From NCBI GenBank assembly GCA_000004985.1, contig GG738845.1: a stretch of DNA of 64,000 nucleotides, one strand, 5' to 3'. Positions 33,130 to 45,173 of the stretch are shown here, in pieces (the stretch's first letter is position 1; every line of letters begins with the position of its first letter). Below the pieces are notes generated by a model, which was not told where the DNA came from, did not search any database, and saw only the letters and a list, made by a program, of their open reading frames with translations. The translations under genes were made by a program, and so were the position numbers. The stretch comes from Naegleria gruberi. Its lineage: Eukaryota.

Positions 33130-35529
33130 ATGAAGAACACAAGCAGTGGAAGAAACCTGTGTTCGTTGTTGATGAAGAAAAACCATCATCGGGTTACTGC
33201 TTCCAGACTTTCAGGAACCATTTCATCTCTTCACAACAATATATCAACATGGAAAAGTGTTCCTTCCTTCATTAATAACTCTATCACCATGGCTAGTAAT
33301 AATAATAATTGCAAATTCTATAGTATCATCTCCAATAATAATTTACAATCCGACAAGGAAGACAGGGATGATGATTTTATGGATGACAATTTAATTGAAG
33401 GATTTATTGTTGAATATTTTGATAAGAGTAGTAAAACCATCAAATTAGGCTTGTTGGATGAACATGAATCTGTTATTTATCAAGAGAATTTTACAAATGT
33501 TAAAAACAAGGATGTTGTCATTATAGAAAAGTGGTCAAACATGTTGACTACTTTGAATGATTTACGAGAAATTAGAGAAAAGGCTAATTATATGGTATTG
33601 GATGAAACCTATCAAGCAGATTTTGAACTAAGATTGGAAAATCTATTAATTGAAGGATTTACATCTGGAAAGAAATTTTCATCATCAACATTATCGAATG
33701 AATTATTTGAAATTCAAAGTATGATTACCAGATATATTGCTTTTTATTTATTTGAAAATTCTGGATGTTTCAAATATGATACAAGATCCAACAAGTATAT
33801 TGTTATTGAAACAGATTCTAGTCAGATTAGAGTTAAAGATTTTATAAGGAGAGCTAAGAAGCGTATTCAGGAAATTAATGACTTGAAACAAAAGAATGGT
33901 CAAATAGAAAACAATTCACAGCTTCTCAATGCGAATCTTCATACTAAATGGGATCCAATTATTGATGTGCCACTTTTGAGAAAAATGGAGTTTTTCATCC
34001 TTTCCAACTTTTTGAACTCTAAAAACAAGACTATCATTGAATCAATTTTAGAATCTTTCAGATATCCAAAGAATAGACGTGGAGCTGCCCAATTTCTACA
34101 TGCTGTTGGTCATATGCATTTTGAAAAGTCTTCAAATCTCATGGAAGAGAGTATGGACCCAGATTTTGAAAATGTAAAAAATCTCCCATCGATAGTCAAG
34201 CCATTCCCAAACCAAGTTGAAAGTGCTTCTCAAATCATGCTCAAACAAGTTACTTCATTGATTGAAAAGGAAAAGGAAAATATTTCGAGAAGAGACTTAA
34301 GAAAATTGAAATGTATTGCTATTGACGATATTTCTACACAGGCATACGATGATGCTGTCAGTATTGAAAAGACTGTGAATGGATATAAGATTTATATTCA
34401 TGTTTGTGATGTTTCCTCATTTATTACTAAGAATGATGCCCTTGAAACAGAATCTCGTTCCAGAGTTAAAACAATCTATGGAAAGAATGGTGTCCGTTTA
34501 ATGTTGCATCCTTGTGCTATCAGAGCTATCACGCTTTCACCAGAGAGAGAAAACCTAGGGTTCACTCTTGAACTCAGTCTTATAAAGAGTGGCTCAGAAC
34601 TTAAATTGGACAAGTATGAATTTTACAAATCCATTCTTCCAAAGGTTGAAATATTCACTTATAACACTGTAGACTCACTCTTCAATCAATTTGTAAAGAA
34701 AAAGATGGGCAACAAGTCAACTGATATGGATCAATCTCATCAATTGCTGATAGAAATGCTTCATATTTCAATCAATGTAGATAAGAGTTTGAATTTGGGG
34801 TTAATTTCCAAAACAAAATCAACTCCTGCTCACGATACTGTTGCAATTATTATGAGTATTGCCAATAGTGTCTTGGCTGCTCACATCAAGCAAGTAGATA
34901 TACAAAATCTATTCCCACAATCCAATTCATACTATAGATTTACTTCTCCTATGAGAAGGTATGCTGATTTGGTTACCCACATCCAATATAACTCATTACT
35001 GAACAATAGCAAGGAGCCTATCTATTCAGATAAGGAAATTAAGAATATTTGTACAGAAATTCAATCATTTGAAAAGGATATTTTGGAAACTCAACTAATG
35101 ATGGATAAGAAAAAGAGAGATTTGGCAACATCAAAAAATAAGAATCAATCGGTCAATAATAGCAATCAAAAGCAATCCAATAAGGTGATTGGTAAGGTTG
35201 TTAAAAAGAGAAAGGGTATGAGCTCTGTTTACATCCCATCTATGGATAAAACAATTTCTCTTCACTTGGTTGAATTTGACGAAGTGAAAATGATAGAGCT
35301 ATTGTCTGGCATTCTTCCCGAAACTGAAAAATCATCAATGGATATGCTTGGATGGCCTGCCCTTACTAAGAAAATGAAGGAAAATAGATCTCCAAATGAT
35401 ATTATGGAAGGTTCCAAAGTTGTCTTGAACATCAAACACATTGAATATTACGAAAACGATACTTACAAACCAAAGGTTATTGTTGCTGAACATTGTTTTG
35501 AAGAAAAGGTTGACAATTATACCATTTAA
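33130..35529 (+). CDS. RNB-domain 3'-5' exoribonuclease (RNase II/R family), possibly mitochondrial
   Basis: 799-aa ORF. RNB motif I is AIDDISTQAYDDAVSIE (DxxxxxDxDDA). Motif IV is FTSPMRRYADLVTH. The N-terminus is basic and Ser-rich like a mitochondrial presequence. Confidence 0.7.
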   Translation: MKNTSSGRNLCSLLMKKNHHRVTASRLSGTISSLHNNISTWKSVPSFINNSITMASNNNNCKFYSIISNNNLQSDKEDRDDDFMDDNLIEGFIVEYFDKSSKTIKLGLLDEHESVIYQENFTNVKNKDVVIIEKWSNMLTTLNDLREIREKANYMVLDETYQADFELRLENLLIEGFTSGKKFSSSTLSNELFEIQSMITRYIAFYLFENSGCFKYDTRSNKYIVIETDSSQIRVKDFIRRAKKRIQEINDLKQKNGQIENNSQLLNANLHTKWDPIIDVPLLRKMEFFILSNFLNSKNKTIIESILESFRYPKNRRGAAQFLHAVGHMHFEKSSNLMEESMDPDFENVKNLPSIVKPFPNQVESASQIMLKQVTSLIEKEKENISRRDLRKLKCIAIDDISTQAYDDAVSIEKTVNGYKIYIHVCDVSSFITKNDALETESRSRVKTIYGKNGVRLMLHPCAIRAITLSPERENLGFTLELSLIKSGSELKLDKYEFYKSILPKVEIFTYNTVDSLFNQFVKKKMGNKSTDMDQSHQLLIEMLHISINVDKSLNLGLISKTKSTPAHDTVAIIMSIANSVLAAHIKQVDIQNLFPQSNSYYRFTSPMRRYADLVTHIQYNSLLNNSKEPIYSDKEIKNICTEIQSFEKDILETQLMMDKKKRDLATSKNKNQSVNNSNQKQSNKVIGKVVKKRKGMSSVYIPSMDKTISLHLVEFDEVKMIELLSGILPETEKSSMDMLGWPALTKKMKENRSPNDIMEGSKVVLNIKHIEYYENDTYKPKVIVAEHCFEEKVDNYTI

Positions 35530-35646
35530 TTAAAATTTTAATTTTTTACCCACCCTTTCTAATAAATTAATAAATCCAAGTTGAAACCTGAGCTATTACA
35601 TAAATCCATGTGAAGGCTCTCCTGTCAATATTTCCTCCATCCAGGA

Positions 35647-38624
35647 TTATAGTTTTCGTTTAATGGTTCCTGGGTTAGATATTTCAATCAAATCTCTAAA
35701 GCAAAGAGCTCGCACCTGAACATTGAATAGAGATTGTAGTTTAGAATCATCCTTCTTTGCTTTTTTCATTTGTGCAAATCTCTCCAACCATTCAGCCACT
35801 TCAATTTCATACCTTACATTCATTTTACATTGTTCCAAGGTGTTTTTTGCCATGTACAAGTCTGGTGTTTCATGTTTTTCTTTTGTATTGTCACATAGGA
35901 ATAGAGTTGGATGGTAAAAGGCTAGATTGTACTCATAGCCTTCCCTCTTTGTGAGAGGTCTGATGAATTGATTGAGAGATTGTCCTTTCATAGGTTGAAT
36001 GAAAAATAATTCATTGAGCACCAACTTTTCGATCCATGGCCTTTTCGAATATTCTTTCGTATTGATGGAAATGAATTCGGTTTGATATATCGTAGAAGGA
36101 CTTGTAAACATGTCCGTAAATAGAGTTTTGAGCTTGCTTTGGACCTTCTTCCATGTTTCTTGAGAGATTTGTTCTGATGTTTCTGCTGTATCGATCTGAG
36201 AGGAGAGAATTGACTTTCTCTTTTGCTTTCTACCTTTGAAAATCGTTTCATCTTTGTATGTAGAGCAACATCCCTCACAATAATACTTGATAATGGTGTT
36301 GACTTCCTCTGGTGTAATGTCAATACATGAAAAGTGATAGTGATTTCTGCATCTTTCACACATAACCATTTCATTGGTTTTCCAAGATCCTCCACATTTA
36401 CAAAAAGTATTCTTCTTTCTTTTAGAGACTGATTTACCGGATTGGTGCTCTTTCAAAGCTTTACAATATTTACAATTAAATGCTCGTTTTTCACTGTAAT
36501 CAGTGGCCTTTTCCCCTACACATTTGCAGTGATACCAAATCTCACAACTCTCACACTGTATCATATCATCTCTTGAGCTATCATATATACCTCTACAGAA
36601 ACAATAATTTGTATCTTGTTGTTCAGTTCTAACACAAGTATTACAGTGGAAGGTTTTGGAAGGTGGGTTGTGAACTCCAACGCATGATTTGTGGAATACA
36701 TTATTGCAAAGATTACACTCAACCTTATCTCTTGGCTTGAGCTCGAGTTGACAAAAACAACTAGTCTTAGATTTGGGAATGAGTTGTTTTGGATCAAATT
36801 CTTCCTCATCGTCAGACATGTACTTAGCTGATTCAGAATTGGATTGGAATTGCTTTGTAAGATAATTCATTGTTTCTAGCGGTAAACTACTACTATCACC
36901 ACTGCTGATTAATTGTTCAGCAGTGGTATCGCTTGTTTGAATAGTTACATCTTTGAAAATGGAAGATAATGTATTATATTCCTCTTCAAATAGACCTTGG
37001 TTGCTTCTTATTTCATCAATTTTGACTTGCCAACAAGCTAAAAAGTCAACAATGTTTTCCTTTGGTATATCACCTCTATTATTGTTGGCATCATAAAGAA
37101 AAATATGATTAACTTACTTTAGTGCTGTAATAATCTTCTTGAACCAAGATTGCTCTTTGAAACTTCTTGGAGAAATAATGGACTGATGGATAATTAGGAC
37201 AAGATCGTCATTCTTCTCTTCACCAATTATTTCCAAGGTTTGTTTAACATTTTGCTCTTTAAAAACCAAGCAACGCAGGGCTATTTCGATCAATTCAACA
37301 ATGAGAGGATGAATGTAAAAGAAAAATCTGAATTGAGTTATACAGGGACTTATATCTTCTTCAGTAACATTGTTTCCACTTTAAACAACAACATTCTTAT
37401 CCAAACATTGATAAGGCTATTAACTTACAATTTCGATTTTACAGAAGGTAATGATTTCAATAGTGGCAATAACTCTTTAGAAAAGAGAATTTGTAAACAT
37501 TTTTCGTCTGGTAATGTGAAAAAAGCTCTAGTAAAAATAGAGAGTGGGCAATAGTGGAAATGTCTAGTATACAAATGCTATTCCATTTCAATAATTTCAG
37601 TAATCACATTGAAACTTACCTTGAGAGAGTTGGAAAAATGTTTGAGGGATGTAAAATCGTTCATTAAAAATTTCAAAACTTCATAGCTAGGTCTTAAATT
37701 AACATTGAAATTTTTCTGAATAAAGAGATCATTGGTACATTTCAAAAATAGTGGCTTTGCTAATGATTGAGTTTTGAACGTTTTGATTTGAAATCTGCTC
37801 AACTGTTGTACAATATTAGTTTGTTCAATTAAAAATAGTTTAACTTACATCAACATTCATCCCTTCCAAAATATCAACTCCCTTCTCATCCACTCTCAAG
37901 ATATTAATGATTGGAAATCTTGAAGAATATGATGAACACAACTCTAACCATTTTCCAATTTGAGGTACATTGTGAGTATTCTCGAAAACAAATACGATTG
38001 CCTTCTTTCCACCAGGTGAAGAATATGTCATTTCTTTAAGGGCGTCGGGTAATCCAAATACTTTGTTTGTATACTTTTGTGCAATTAGTGTCAATAGAGC
38101 TTTTAAGGTTGGAAACATTGTCTCTGATCTGAAAATGCAAACATGAAATCCGTCCAATTTTTGTCCTTTTTTTGGAGCTTCTTCCTCATAATCTTCATAG
38201 TCCTCGTATTCATCATATTCGTCATCATATTCCACATATGAATCTCTAATGAAAAATGATTCCATTAATTTGTCTATTATTTCGAAACAATTAACATTCG
38301 AAATGTGACATTTAACCTACTTGTTGTTGTTTTCAAAATGATTACAGGTGAAATACATTTACTCAAGCCTTTATCAAATCTTTCTGCAATATCCTGTAAC
38401 TCTTCAATAATTAACTCTTCAGTGTGGGTATTTTCTTCAGCACTTGCCTTTCTATTGATAAACTCTTCCACATTATGAATTGATGAATCTATAATTTTCT
38501 GATATTTATCATGTTTTAAAAAGTCCTTTCTTGCCTCCGATAAGTCTTGTTCTTCAAGAATCAACTTCTTCTTGTGTGATCTCCGCCTAGAACGAACAGG
38601 TATTGTCAAAGAGTTGTTTATCAT
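35647..38624 (-). CDS. Multi-PHD-finger protein of about 916 aa. Six exons: 38321..38624, 37849..38273, 37620..37802, 37429..37577, 37118..37378 and 35647..37075
   Basis: Four separate track ORFs plus unannotated sequence join through five in-phase short introns. They are GTAGGT...AATAG (47 nt), GTAAGT...CAACAG (46 nt), GTAAGT...GGAATAG (42 nt), GTAAGT...TTTAAAG (50 nt) and GTAAGT...AATAATAG (42 nt). The C-terminal half has three PHD fingers (CFCQ...HKSC...C, CFCR...HCKC, CKCG...HFSC...C). Confidence 0.6.
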
Positions 38625-38690
38625 TTTTTTAAAAACTAATTTTTTGAATAAATTTTGGCGGGTAAAACATTATTGTTGCTTCCAAGAAAA

Positions 38691-40343
38691 CTATTGAGTA
38701 TTGAACTTTATTGGAATGTTGTACTTGTTGGAAATGTGATCCTCATAGTGATGATGACCTGAATCGAAAAATTCCATCAGATTTTCCTTCACTCGTTTAG
38801 ATCTCTCCTCAATTTGTTGTTCAAAGTTTGGAATTTGCATCTTGATTCTGAAAAGATTACTTGCTGGATTTGAGATATGTTTGAAAAAGTAATAACCTGC
38901 CAGTACATCAAGGGCAGCATATTCAATTCTTATGTTTCCTTTGGATGTTGAGGGCCTCATATCTTTTGGATTCCAAATCAAATCATTGTACTTTAAATTA
39001 TTTTCAAATTTGTGATAAATCTTTGGTGCACAGAAGGAGAATAGTTTTTGTAGACCTAATACTAGAGGATCACCTTCAACCCATCCATGTTCGTTCACAT
39101 TCAGGTCGGTTTGCAGGTTTGAATCAACTAATTGTTCATGCTTGTGATGTTGCAACCAATTATTGACCTTTTTAATGTCACCACTCAATGAATAACCAAT
39201 TTTCAAAATTTTTGGACTTCGAAAGAAATCGAGAAGGAATTTAGGAATGGGCTGTTTAAAATCAATTAGTAACACAAGACATACATCCAATGTCGATATT
39301 TGTAAGAGTCTGATACCGTGATCATTTTCATCATTGAAATTCCATTCTGTATCAACAACAAAAATTGAAGATTGATCTGCTGTATCCATGAATGAGTTCC
39401 AAATTCTCTTTTCCAATTTGCTCAATCTAGAGACAATTATCAGCTTGTCAGAATAGTCCAAATGAGTTAGAGATGTTCCAACCAGATGTTTCTTTTCTGG
39501 AATTGCTGATAATTTTTGTTTAATGTCTGTATTCCAAACTGAGAATCCATTCTTTGTTTTCTTTTTCAAATATAATTCATTATTATCCAACAAACCAGAA
39601 ATATATTCCACAAATTTAGAACGGTCGAGACCAAAATAATTAGTATTAGAGTAGACATTGCCAATATTAAAACATGCATCACCACTATTTACATTGAAAA
39701 TTCCCACAAATGAAGAGCAAATCTGTCCAAACAATCGATCCTTAAACTCTTGGCTTGTATTATCCTTTTTGGAAAAGAATGGTGCGATTTTTTTGCAAAC
39801 AATGGTGTCATCTTGAATTTCAGTAATATTGAGCTCTTTGGAATGTTGCTCAACAAATGTTTTGCTTAATAAATAATGTAATCTAGGTAGAATTTGTTTA
39901 AGTTTTGTTGTCATTTCTTTCATAGAACATGAGACAATTCCCTTCTCTTCTTTTCCACAATATTTTAAATAGTTGAAAATAAAAATTACTAATTGTGTAT
40001 CATCACTGCCATAAATTGTGTCAATAATTCTTTTAACAGTAGCAAGTTTATGCAATTCCTTCTTTCCTAATCTCTTTTCCGAGTCGTTTACATCCTCAGT
40101 AGCAACTAAGTCGATATCTTTTTCAAGTACAAAAGATGATGTTATTTGTTCATCCCTTTCATTCTTTTCCTCCGAAGTATGCTTTTTCTTTTTTGTTTTA
40201 GGTTCCAATTTATGTGGTTTTTCTTGTTGTTTAATTTGTGTTGATGATTTTTTCTTCTTATCTTTGTTATGTTGTTTCGATGATGAAGAATTGTTTCCCT
40301 TTTTCAACAGTTGGGATTTAACTTCCTCTCTTCCTCTTTTCAT
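38691..40343 (-). CDS. 3'-5' exonuclease-domain protein (DEDDy/RNase D-like, Mut-7/EXD-like) with a basic Lys/Ser-rich N-terminus
   Basis: 550-aa ORF. IFVVDTEWNFND (Exo I, DxE) ... LLQISTLDVCLVLLI ... IGYSLSGDIKKV ... YAALDVLAGYYFF (Exo III, YxxxD) are consistent with Pfam 3'-5' exonuclease. Confidence 0.6.
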   Translation of the reverse strand: MKRGREEVKSQLLKKGNNSSSSKQHNKDKKKKSSTQIKQQEKPHKLEPKTKKKKHTSEEKNERDEQITSSFVLEKDIDLVATEDVNDSEKRLGKKELHKLATVKRIIDTIYGSDDTQLVIFIFNYLKYCGKEEKGIVSCSMKEMTTKLKQILPRLHYLLSKTFVEQHSKELNITEIQDDTIVCKKIAPFFSKKDNTSQEFKDRLFGQICSSFVGIFNVNSGDACFNIGNVYSNTNYFGLDRSKFVEYISGLLDNNELYLKKKTKNGFSVWNTDIKQKLSAIPEKKHLVGTSLTHLDYSDKLIIVSRLSKLEKRIWNSFMDTADQSSIFVVDTEWNFNDENDHGIRLLQISTLDVCLVLLIDFKQPIPKFLLDFFRSPKILKIGYSLSGDIKKVNNWLQHHKHEQLVDSNLQTDLNVNEHGWVEGDPLVLGLQKLFSFCAPKIYHKFENNLKYNDLIWNPKDMRPSTSKGNIRIEYAALDVLAGYYFFKHISNPASNLFRIKMQIPNFEQQIEERSKRVKENLMEFFDSGHHHYEDHISNKYNIPIKFNTQ

Positions 40344-40376
40344 TTTTTTTGATGAAGTTGACTTTGAAAAGTTTTA

Positions 40377-41159
40377 TTAGGCACATTTTTCAATAAATTG
40401 TGCATCTATTATGTAATCATCGTCGAATGTTTTCTTTTTGGATTTAGACTTTTTCTTTTTCGATTTTTTCAAACCTGAACTGTTTCTAGTTGTTTCTTCA
40501 GTGAATTCCTGATCCTCACCAAAGGATGATTCGAAATTTTCTTGGTCATTAGTGGATTCACTTTCTTGTTTTCTAATCATGATACAAATACCTTCTGCTC
40601 CATCATATTCAGAACGTTCTACATTGAGATCTGTTATGTGAGGTTTAGCCTCAATTTTAGCACCTTCTGGTAATGGAACTCGTCTGTGAAATGTCACAGA
40701 CTCCATCATGCCACTCAAAGGTTTGAGTTTACCCTTTACAACCAGGCAATTTTCATCTATTGAAACTTGAGCTCTCTTTTTTGATAAACCTGGACAAGTT
40801 ACAACTAATTCAAAATGATCGTTTTCCTCATGCCAATTAATAGCAACCGAGTCATGGTTTTGATGTTCTTGTTCATAGACAAAAGCTTGTTTTAGCATTT
40901 CGGGAGCCATTCCTAAAATTGGATGTTCAAAATACATCATATCCTCACTAGGTCCATCTCTTATTCCTTGTTGTTGAATTATTTGAAATGGATCCATAGA
41001 AAATATATCTTCTATGGATCGTCTCTTTTTCAAGCTACTTGATTTTTTCTTTTTTGCCATTAATTTTTGTCCTATTGAAAAACTTCTATTATTCATAATC
41101 GTACATCCAAGCTGTTCTCCGATAAAACGACTTTTAGACAAGTTGTGTAATTTTAGCAT
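40377..41159 (-). CDS. Small heat-shock protein-like (alpha-crystallin/Hsp20 domain) with a basic Lys/Ser tail
   Basis: 260-aa ORF. The ACD core is WHEENDHFELVVTCPGLSKKRAQVSIDENCLVVKGK...FHRRVPLPEGAKIEAKPHITDLNV. Confidence 0.55.
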   Translation of the reverse strand: MLKLHNLSKSRFIGEQLGCTIMNNRSFSIGQKLMAKKKKSSSLKKRRSIEDIFSMDPFQIIQQQGIRDGPSEDMMYFEHPILGMAPEMLKQAFVYEQEHQNHDSVAINWHEENDHFELVVTCPGLSKKRAQVSIDENCLVVKGKLKPLSGMMESVTFHRRVPLPEGAKIEAKPHITDLNVERSEYDGAEGICIMIRKQESESTNDQENFESSFGEDQEFTEETTRNSSGLKKSKKKKSKSKKKTFDDDYIIDAQFIEKCA

Positions 41160-41263
41160 TTTTTTTGAATATTTAATATAATTAAATTTAGAATGAAAAA
41201 AATTAGAACCAATAATTTTTGGTTACCATTTAGAAATGGTTAAAATAATTTTCATCTCAATCT

Positions 41264-44111
41264 CTAGAGAAACTCTAACATTAATTCGTTTTCTTCTGGC
41301 AATGGAGCAATTCTGAAAGCCTTGACATGCATTGCTAAAGTTCTATCTGTTGTAAGGTAGTGTTCATTGATGTGAGCTAGGAGGTATAAAAGAAATTCTT
41401 CTAGAATAAATTCAGAACCATGTTGTTTGAATTCATCATGCAATTCATAAATAATTTCAATGAATTTTTCATGCTCCTTGAAATGTTCTTCCAACAAGTC
41501 GTTTTTAAGTAAGCATTCAATAAAGAGTCGTCTTTCTGCTTCAAAGGATTCTTGTAATGATTCAATGGCATCTTCCAAAATATAAATCCCAATATTCCAC
41601 TCCACTAGAGACACATTCTTGTTGGCTTTTGCCATTCTGAAAATTGATTTGGTCAAGTTATTAATTGTATCGAATAATTTCATGTAGCAAGTATCAATAA
41701 CACCTAAATTATAACCCAACTGATTAGTCCAAGCAATCAATTGTTCTCTAGGCAACACTGTAAGATTATTAATGGTTACCAAGTGTTGAGATTGTGTTGA
41801 GGTTGGTATTGTTCCACTCACAACATTACTTCCTCCATTCAGGTTATTACTTGCTGAGGAACCAGCTGTTGAACCATTTAGAACAGCACTGAAATCATCC
41901 ATAGATGAAGTCTGTCTGTGTGGAGTGGCAGATCCACTACTTTGACCGCTTTCTCCTCTATTTTTTGTAATCTTCTTGAATAGTCCAGCAAATCGATTAG
42001 AATCCTTGGTATCATCATTAATGATAATTCCCATTTCTTTTGCAACTTTCTTGCATGATTTGTGTTGCTTGTTTTGAATTTTTACATTGGCACCTCCAAT
42101 AGTAATCAAGAGATTGGAAGTTGATGGATTATTCAATTTCAATGAGAGATGAAGCCCCGTATCACCATCATTATTTTGTTCATCAATAGACATTTCATTA
42201 CTTGATATCAAAACCCAAAAGAATGCCTCATTGGGAATATCATGATTGTACAGGTAGCATTTTGAAGCAGAGAATGGAATGTGTACTGGTGTATTAGTAA
42301 TATTACTGCTATTATCTCCATAATACGATGGAGAATCACTGCTACTATTGCTGTTATTATCTGCACTGCCTGTTGAATCATTTTCATTACTGTTTTGGAA
42401 GGAGAAATTATTATTGACAGTTGGCGTTGAAATAATAGTTGCAGAATCAATTGGTTCACTTCCACTATTTGGTGTAATAATATTTGAGTTGACAACATTG
42501 GAGATGGAATTACCAACCAAGTTGACTGTATAGTGAAGAACAGTATTTCCCTTAACTCTATCTTTGAAATTTAAAAAGGCCTGAATTCTATCTAATGGTA
42601 TGAATTGAATTAAAATGCAAAACGAAATGAAATAACCCTGTTGAGCACATATATGAAGGAGAGTTTTGCCTAGTTGATCATCAGATCGAATCCATCTCTG
42701 AAACTCATCCAATGCATAATTTTTACAGAACCAATCACACAATTTGAACAACAATGAAGGGAATGGAAGTGAGCAGAATAGACAATTTTCCTCGAATCGG
42801 TTCTTTGTTGCAATGTTAATATTTGGCTGTTTAAGAATGAATTGAACTCGAGGCCAATCGTTCGATTCACATGCATCGTGTAAAATGGTATTTCCTCTCT
42901 TTCCCTTAAAATTGACATCAGCTCCAAACAGAATAAGAGCATCTGCTGTTTCAAAAAACCCTCCCGACAAGGCTATACCTAATGGAAAATTTTCATAAGC
43001 ATCACGAATATTAACTTGAGCTCCTTTTGATGCCAGAACATGACAGGCATCAGTGTGTCCATGAGCACTTGCTAAGAAAATTGGAGTACTATCCGATTTG
43101 TCAACAATATTAGGATTAGCTCCATACTTGTCAATTAAATATTCAATAATATGAGTATGACCAAATCTTGAAGCAATATGTAATAGTGATCTATCATTCT
43201 TTGTCTTGTCTCTAAATATTTGATTAATATCAAATAGTATGCCACCTCCTCCACCACTAGAAAATGAAGTATTTGACGGAACAAATAGGGATGTTGAATT
43301 GCTACTGGTAGAATTACCACCAGATGGTGACGAAGAGCCACCACTAGCCACTCTAGGTGAAATTGGATAAGTATTGTTTTTAATTGAATCCAGTAATCGA
43401 ACCAATTCATCCAAATACCCATACTCAATGCAGGCCAATACACGTTGTTCCATTGATAATTTAACATGTTCAAAATCTATTAATTGATCTCCTAATTATT
43501 ATTCAAAGTATTAACATGTGAATGTTGAATTAGATAGACATACCTGTATATAAATTATTTCCCAAATGTGGAGCTTCTAAAGTTAACAAAATTGGAGAGG
43601 ATCCAATTTCCAAATCATTCAGTTTAATCATGATGGATGGATTTGAATCTTTCAACCTATCATTTTGATGATTATCTGTAATATTTTCATCACAATCCAA
43701 TTTCTCTCCAAATTCATGGTAATGCATCTGCTGATTTTGAGAAGAGGAATCACTGAGTTGTGTGTCTTCTTGTTTCTTGTTGATTTTTTCATATTTTTCA
43801 CTTAGAATTTCACTACTCAGTGAGTGAACGCTCATATTTTCTATGAGCATTAAATCATCAGATTTTAATCTGTGATATGGAATGGTATTGTCCCCTAGCA
43901 TACACCTCCTAATACAATACAAGTCAAAGTGATATTTACATAGTGTTTTAATGGAGTGTTTTCCGGAAATTAGATTGTAATGAATGCTACTGGTACTTGA
44001 GAGAGATGTTAAATTATTATTGTTTGATGATGAGATGTTCATTGATGAAGAGGAAGGAAAAAGATTGGCAGATGATGAGTGTGGAGATGGTTGAGACATT
44101 TTTTGTAACAT
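41264..44111 (-). CDS. Ankyrin-repeat protein of about 930 aa. Two exons: 43544..44111 and 41264..43491, with a 52-nt GTATGT...TAATTAG intron
   Basis: The Ser/Asn-rich N-terminal exon joins in phase to ...GDQLIDFEHVKLSMEQRVLACIEYGYLDELVRLL. About six ankyrin repeats follow (HIASRFGHTHIIEYLID..., TPIFLASAHGHTDACHVLASKGAQVN, NTILHDACESNDWPRVQFIL...). The tail is a long Ser/Asn low-complexity linker and a helical C-terminal domain. Confidence 0.6.
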
Positions 44112-44264
44112 TTGACATGATGAATGGTGGGCATTGGTAACTTATATGATAATAAACATTTGTACAACACCAACAAACAATTCTCTTAAAAAATAAGGTA
44201 TTGCAATACTCTTTTGTTGTTTCGAAGAAAACTCAAATAATCTTTTTATTAATATCAATCAATG

Positions 44265-45173
44265 TTAATAATACAAATCCCAATCCATATTGATAGCTTT
44301 TTCCCTTAGTTTGATGTCGTCTATCAAGTTTGGACTGGCTTGTATTGTCAATGAGAAATCTCTAGGGGTAATGACATGCTTATCAATTTCATGGATGGCA
44401 TTGGTGCTGAACTCTTCTTCTTCCTCTTCTTCTGGCAGAGGCAGTTCATAGTGTCTATAACTGTGTGTATATTTTCCATCTTTCACTAAATAGGATCCTA
44501 TCTGAGGTTTTTTGTAATTTTCATATTTTTGCTTTTTTTGTTGCAGACATTTTGTTATTAAATTTTTCAAATAGTACTCTGTGGCATAATATAACAAGTT
44601 GATACTTTCACCATCAACATTCATTACGCCCAAATCATTCGCAATCTTATTCATTTTACTTTCGAATAAATCTTTTGTATAGTGTTTTTCATTAGATAAA
44701 TTTACAGATTTGGAAGGGTTATAAGATGTTGAAGTGTGTAAACATAAATTATCAAATATCAAATTTTGGCTCGACAAGTGTAGTAATTCCTTTTCCATTA
44801 GCATCATCATATTATTAATTCCTCTATTTTTACGTTTAGCTCCATCTGTTGAGCTAGTTCCATTCAAATGATGGAATGTCGAAATCTTGGCATTGCACAG
44901 TAAGCTCTTAATAAAGTAATTATGGAGTGCAATAAATTCATATCCAAAAGTAATTTTAATGAAATGGTCCCATTCAGTTTTTGATAATTTAGCTTGTAAA
45001 TATTTAATAAATGTATTCCAATACAAGCCCTTTCTATCATCTAAATGTTTATCTATTGCTTTTTTAATTTGTATCAAATTTATACGTTGTTGTATTGGTT
45101 GATGATGTTCTTTTTTCGTGATTCCTATTTTCCACATTAAATAATATTTAGGATCCAAAATGATGATAATCAT
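44265..45173 (-). CDS. Hypothetical protein (302 aa, acidic EEEEEE tract near the C-terminus)
   Basis: ORF with an ATG start. I recognise no confident family. Confidence 0.35.
   Translation of the reverse strand: MIIIILDPKYYLMWKIGITKKEHHQPIQQRINLIQIKKAIDKHLDDRKGLYWNTFIKYLQAKLSKTEWDHFIKITFGYEFIALHNYFIKSLLCNAKISTFHHLNGTSSTDGAKRKNRGINNMMMLMEKELLHLSSQNLIFDNLCLHTSTSYNPSKSVNLSNEKHYTKDLFESKMNKIANDLGVMNVDGESINLLYYATEYYLKNLITKCLQQKKQKYENYKKPQIGSYLVKDGKYTHSYRHYELPLPEEEEEEEFSTNAIHEIDKHVITPRDFSLTIQASPNLIDDIKLREKAINMDWDLYY

Noticed and set aside
40344-40376. Intron joining the Hsp20-like and exonuclease ORFs into one protein
   Set aside because: The 33-nt gap has no GT donor or AG acceptor pair and contains two consecutive in-frame stop codons (TAA TAA). 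They are treated as separate genes; see the tandem-gene finding.
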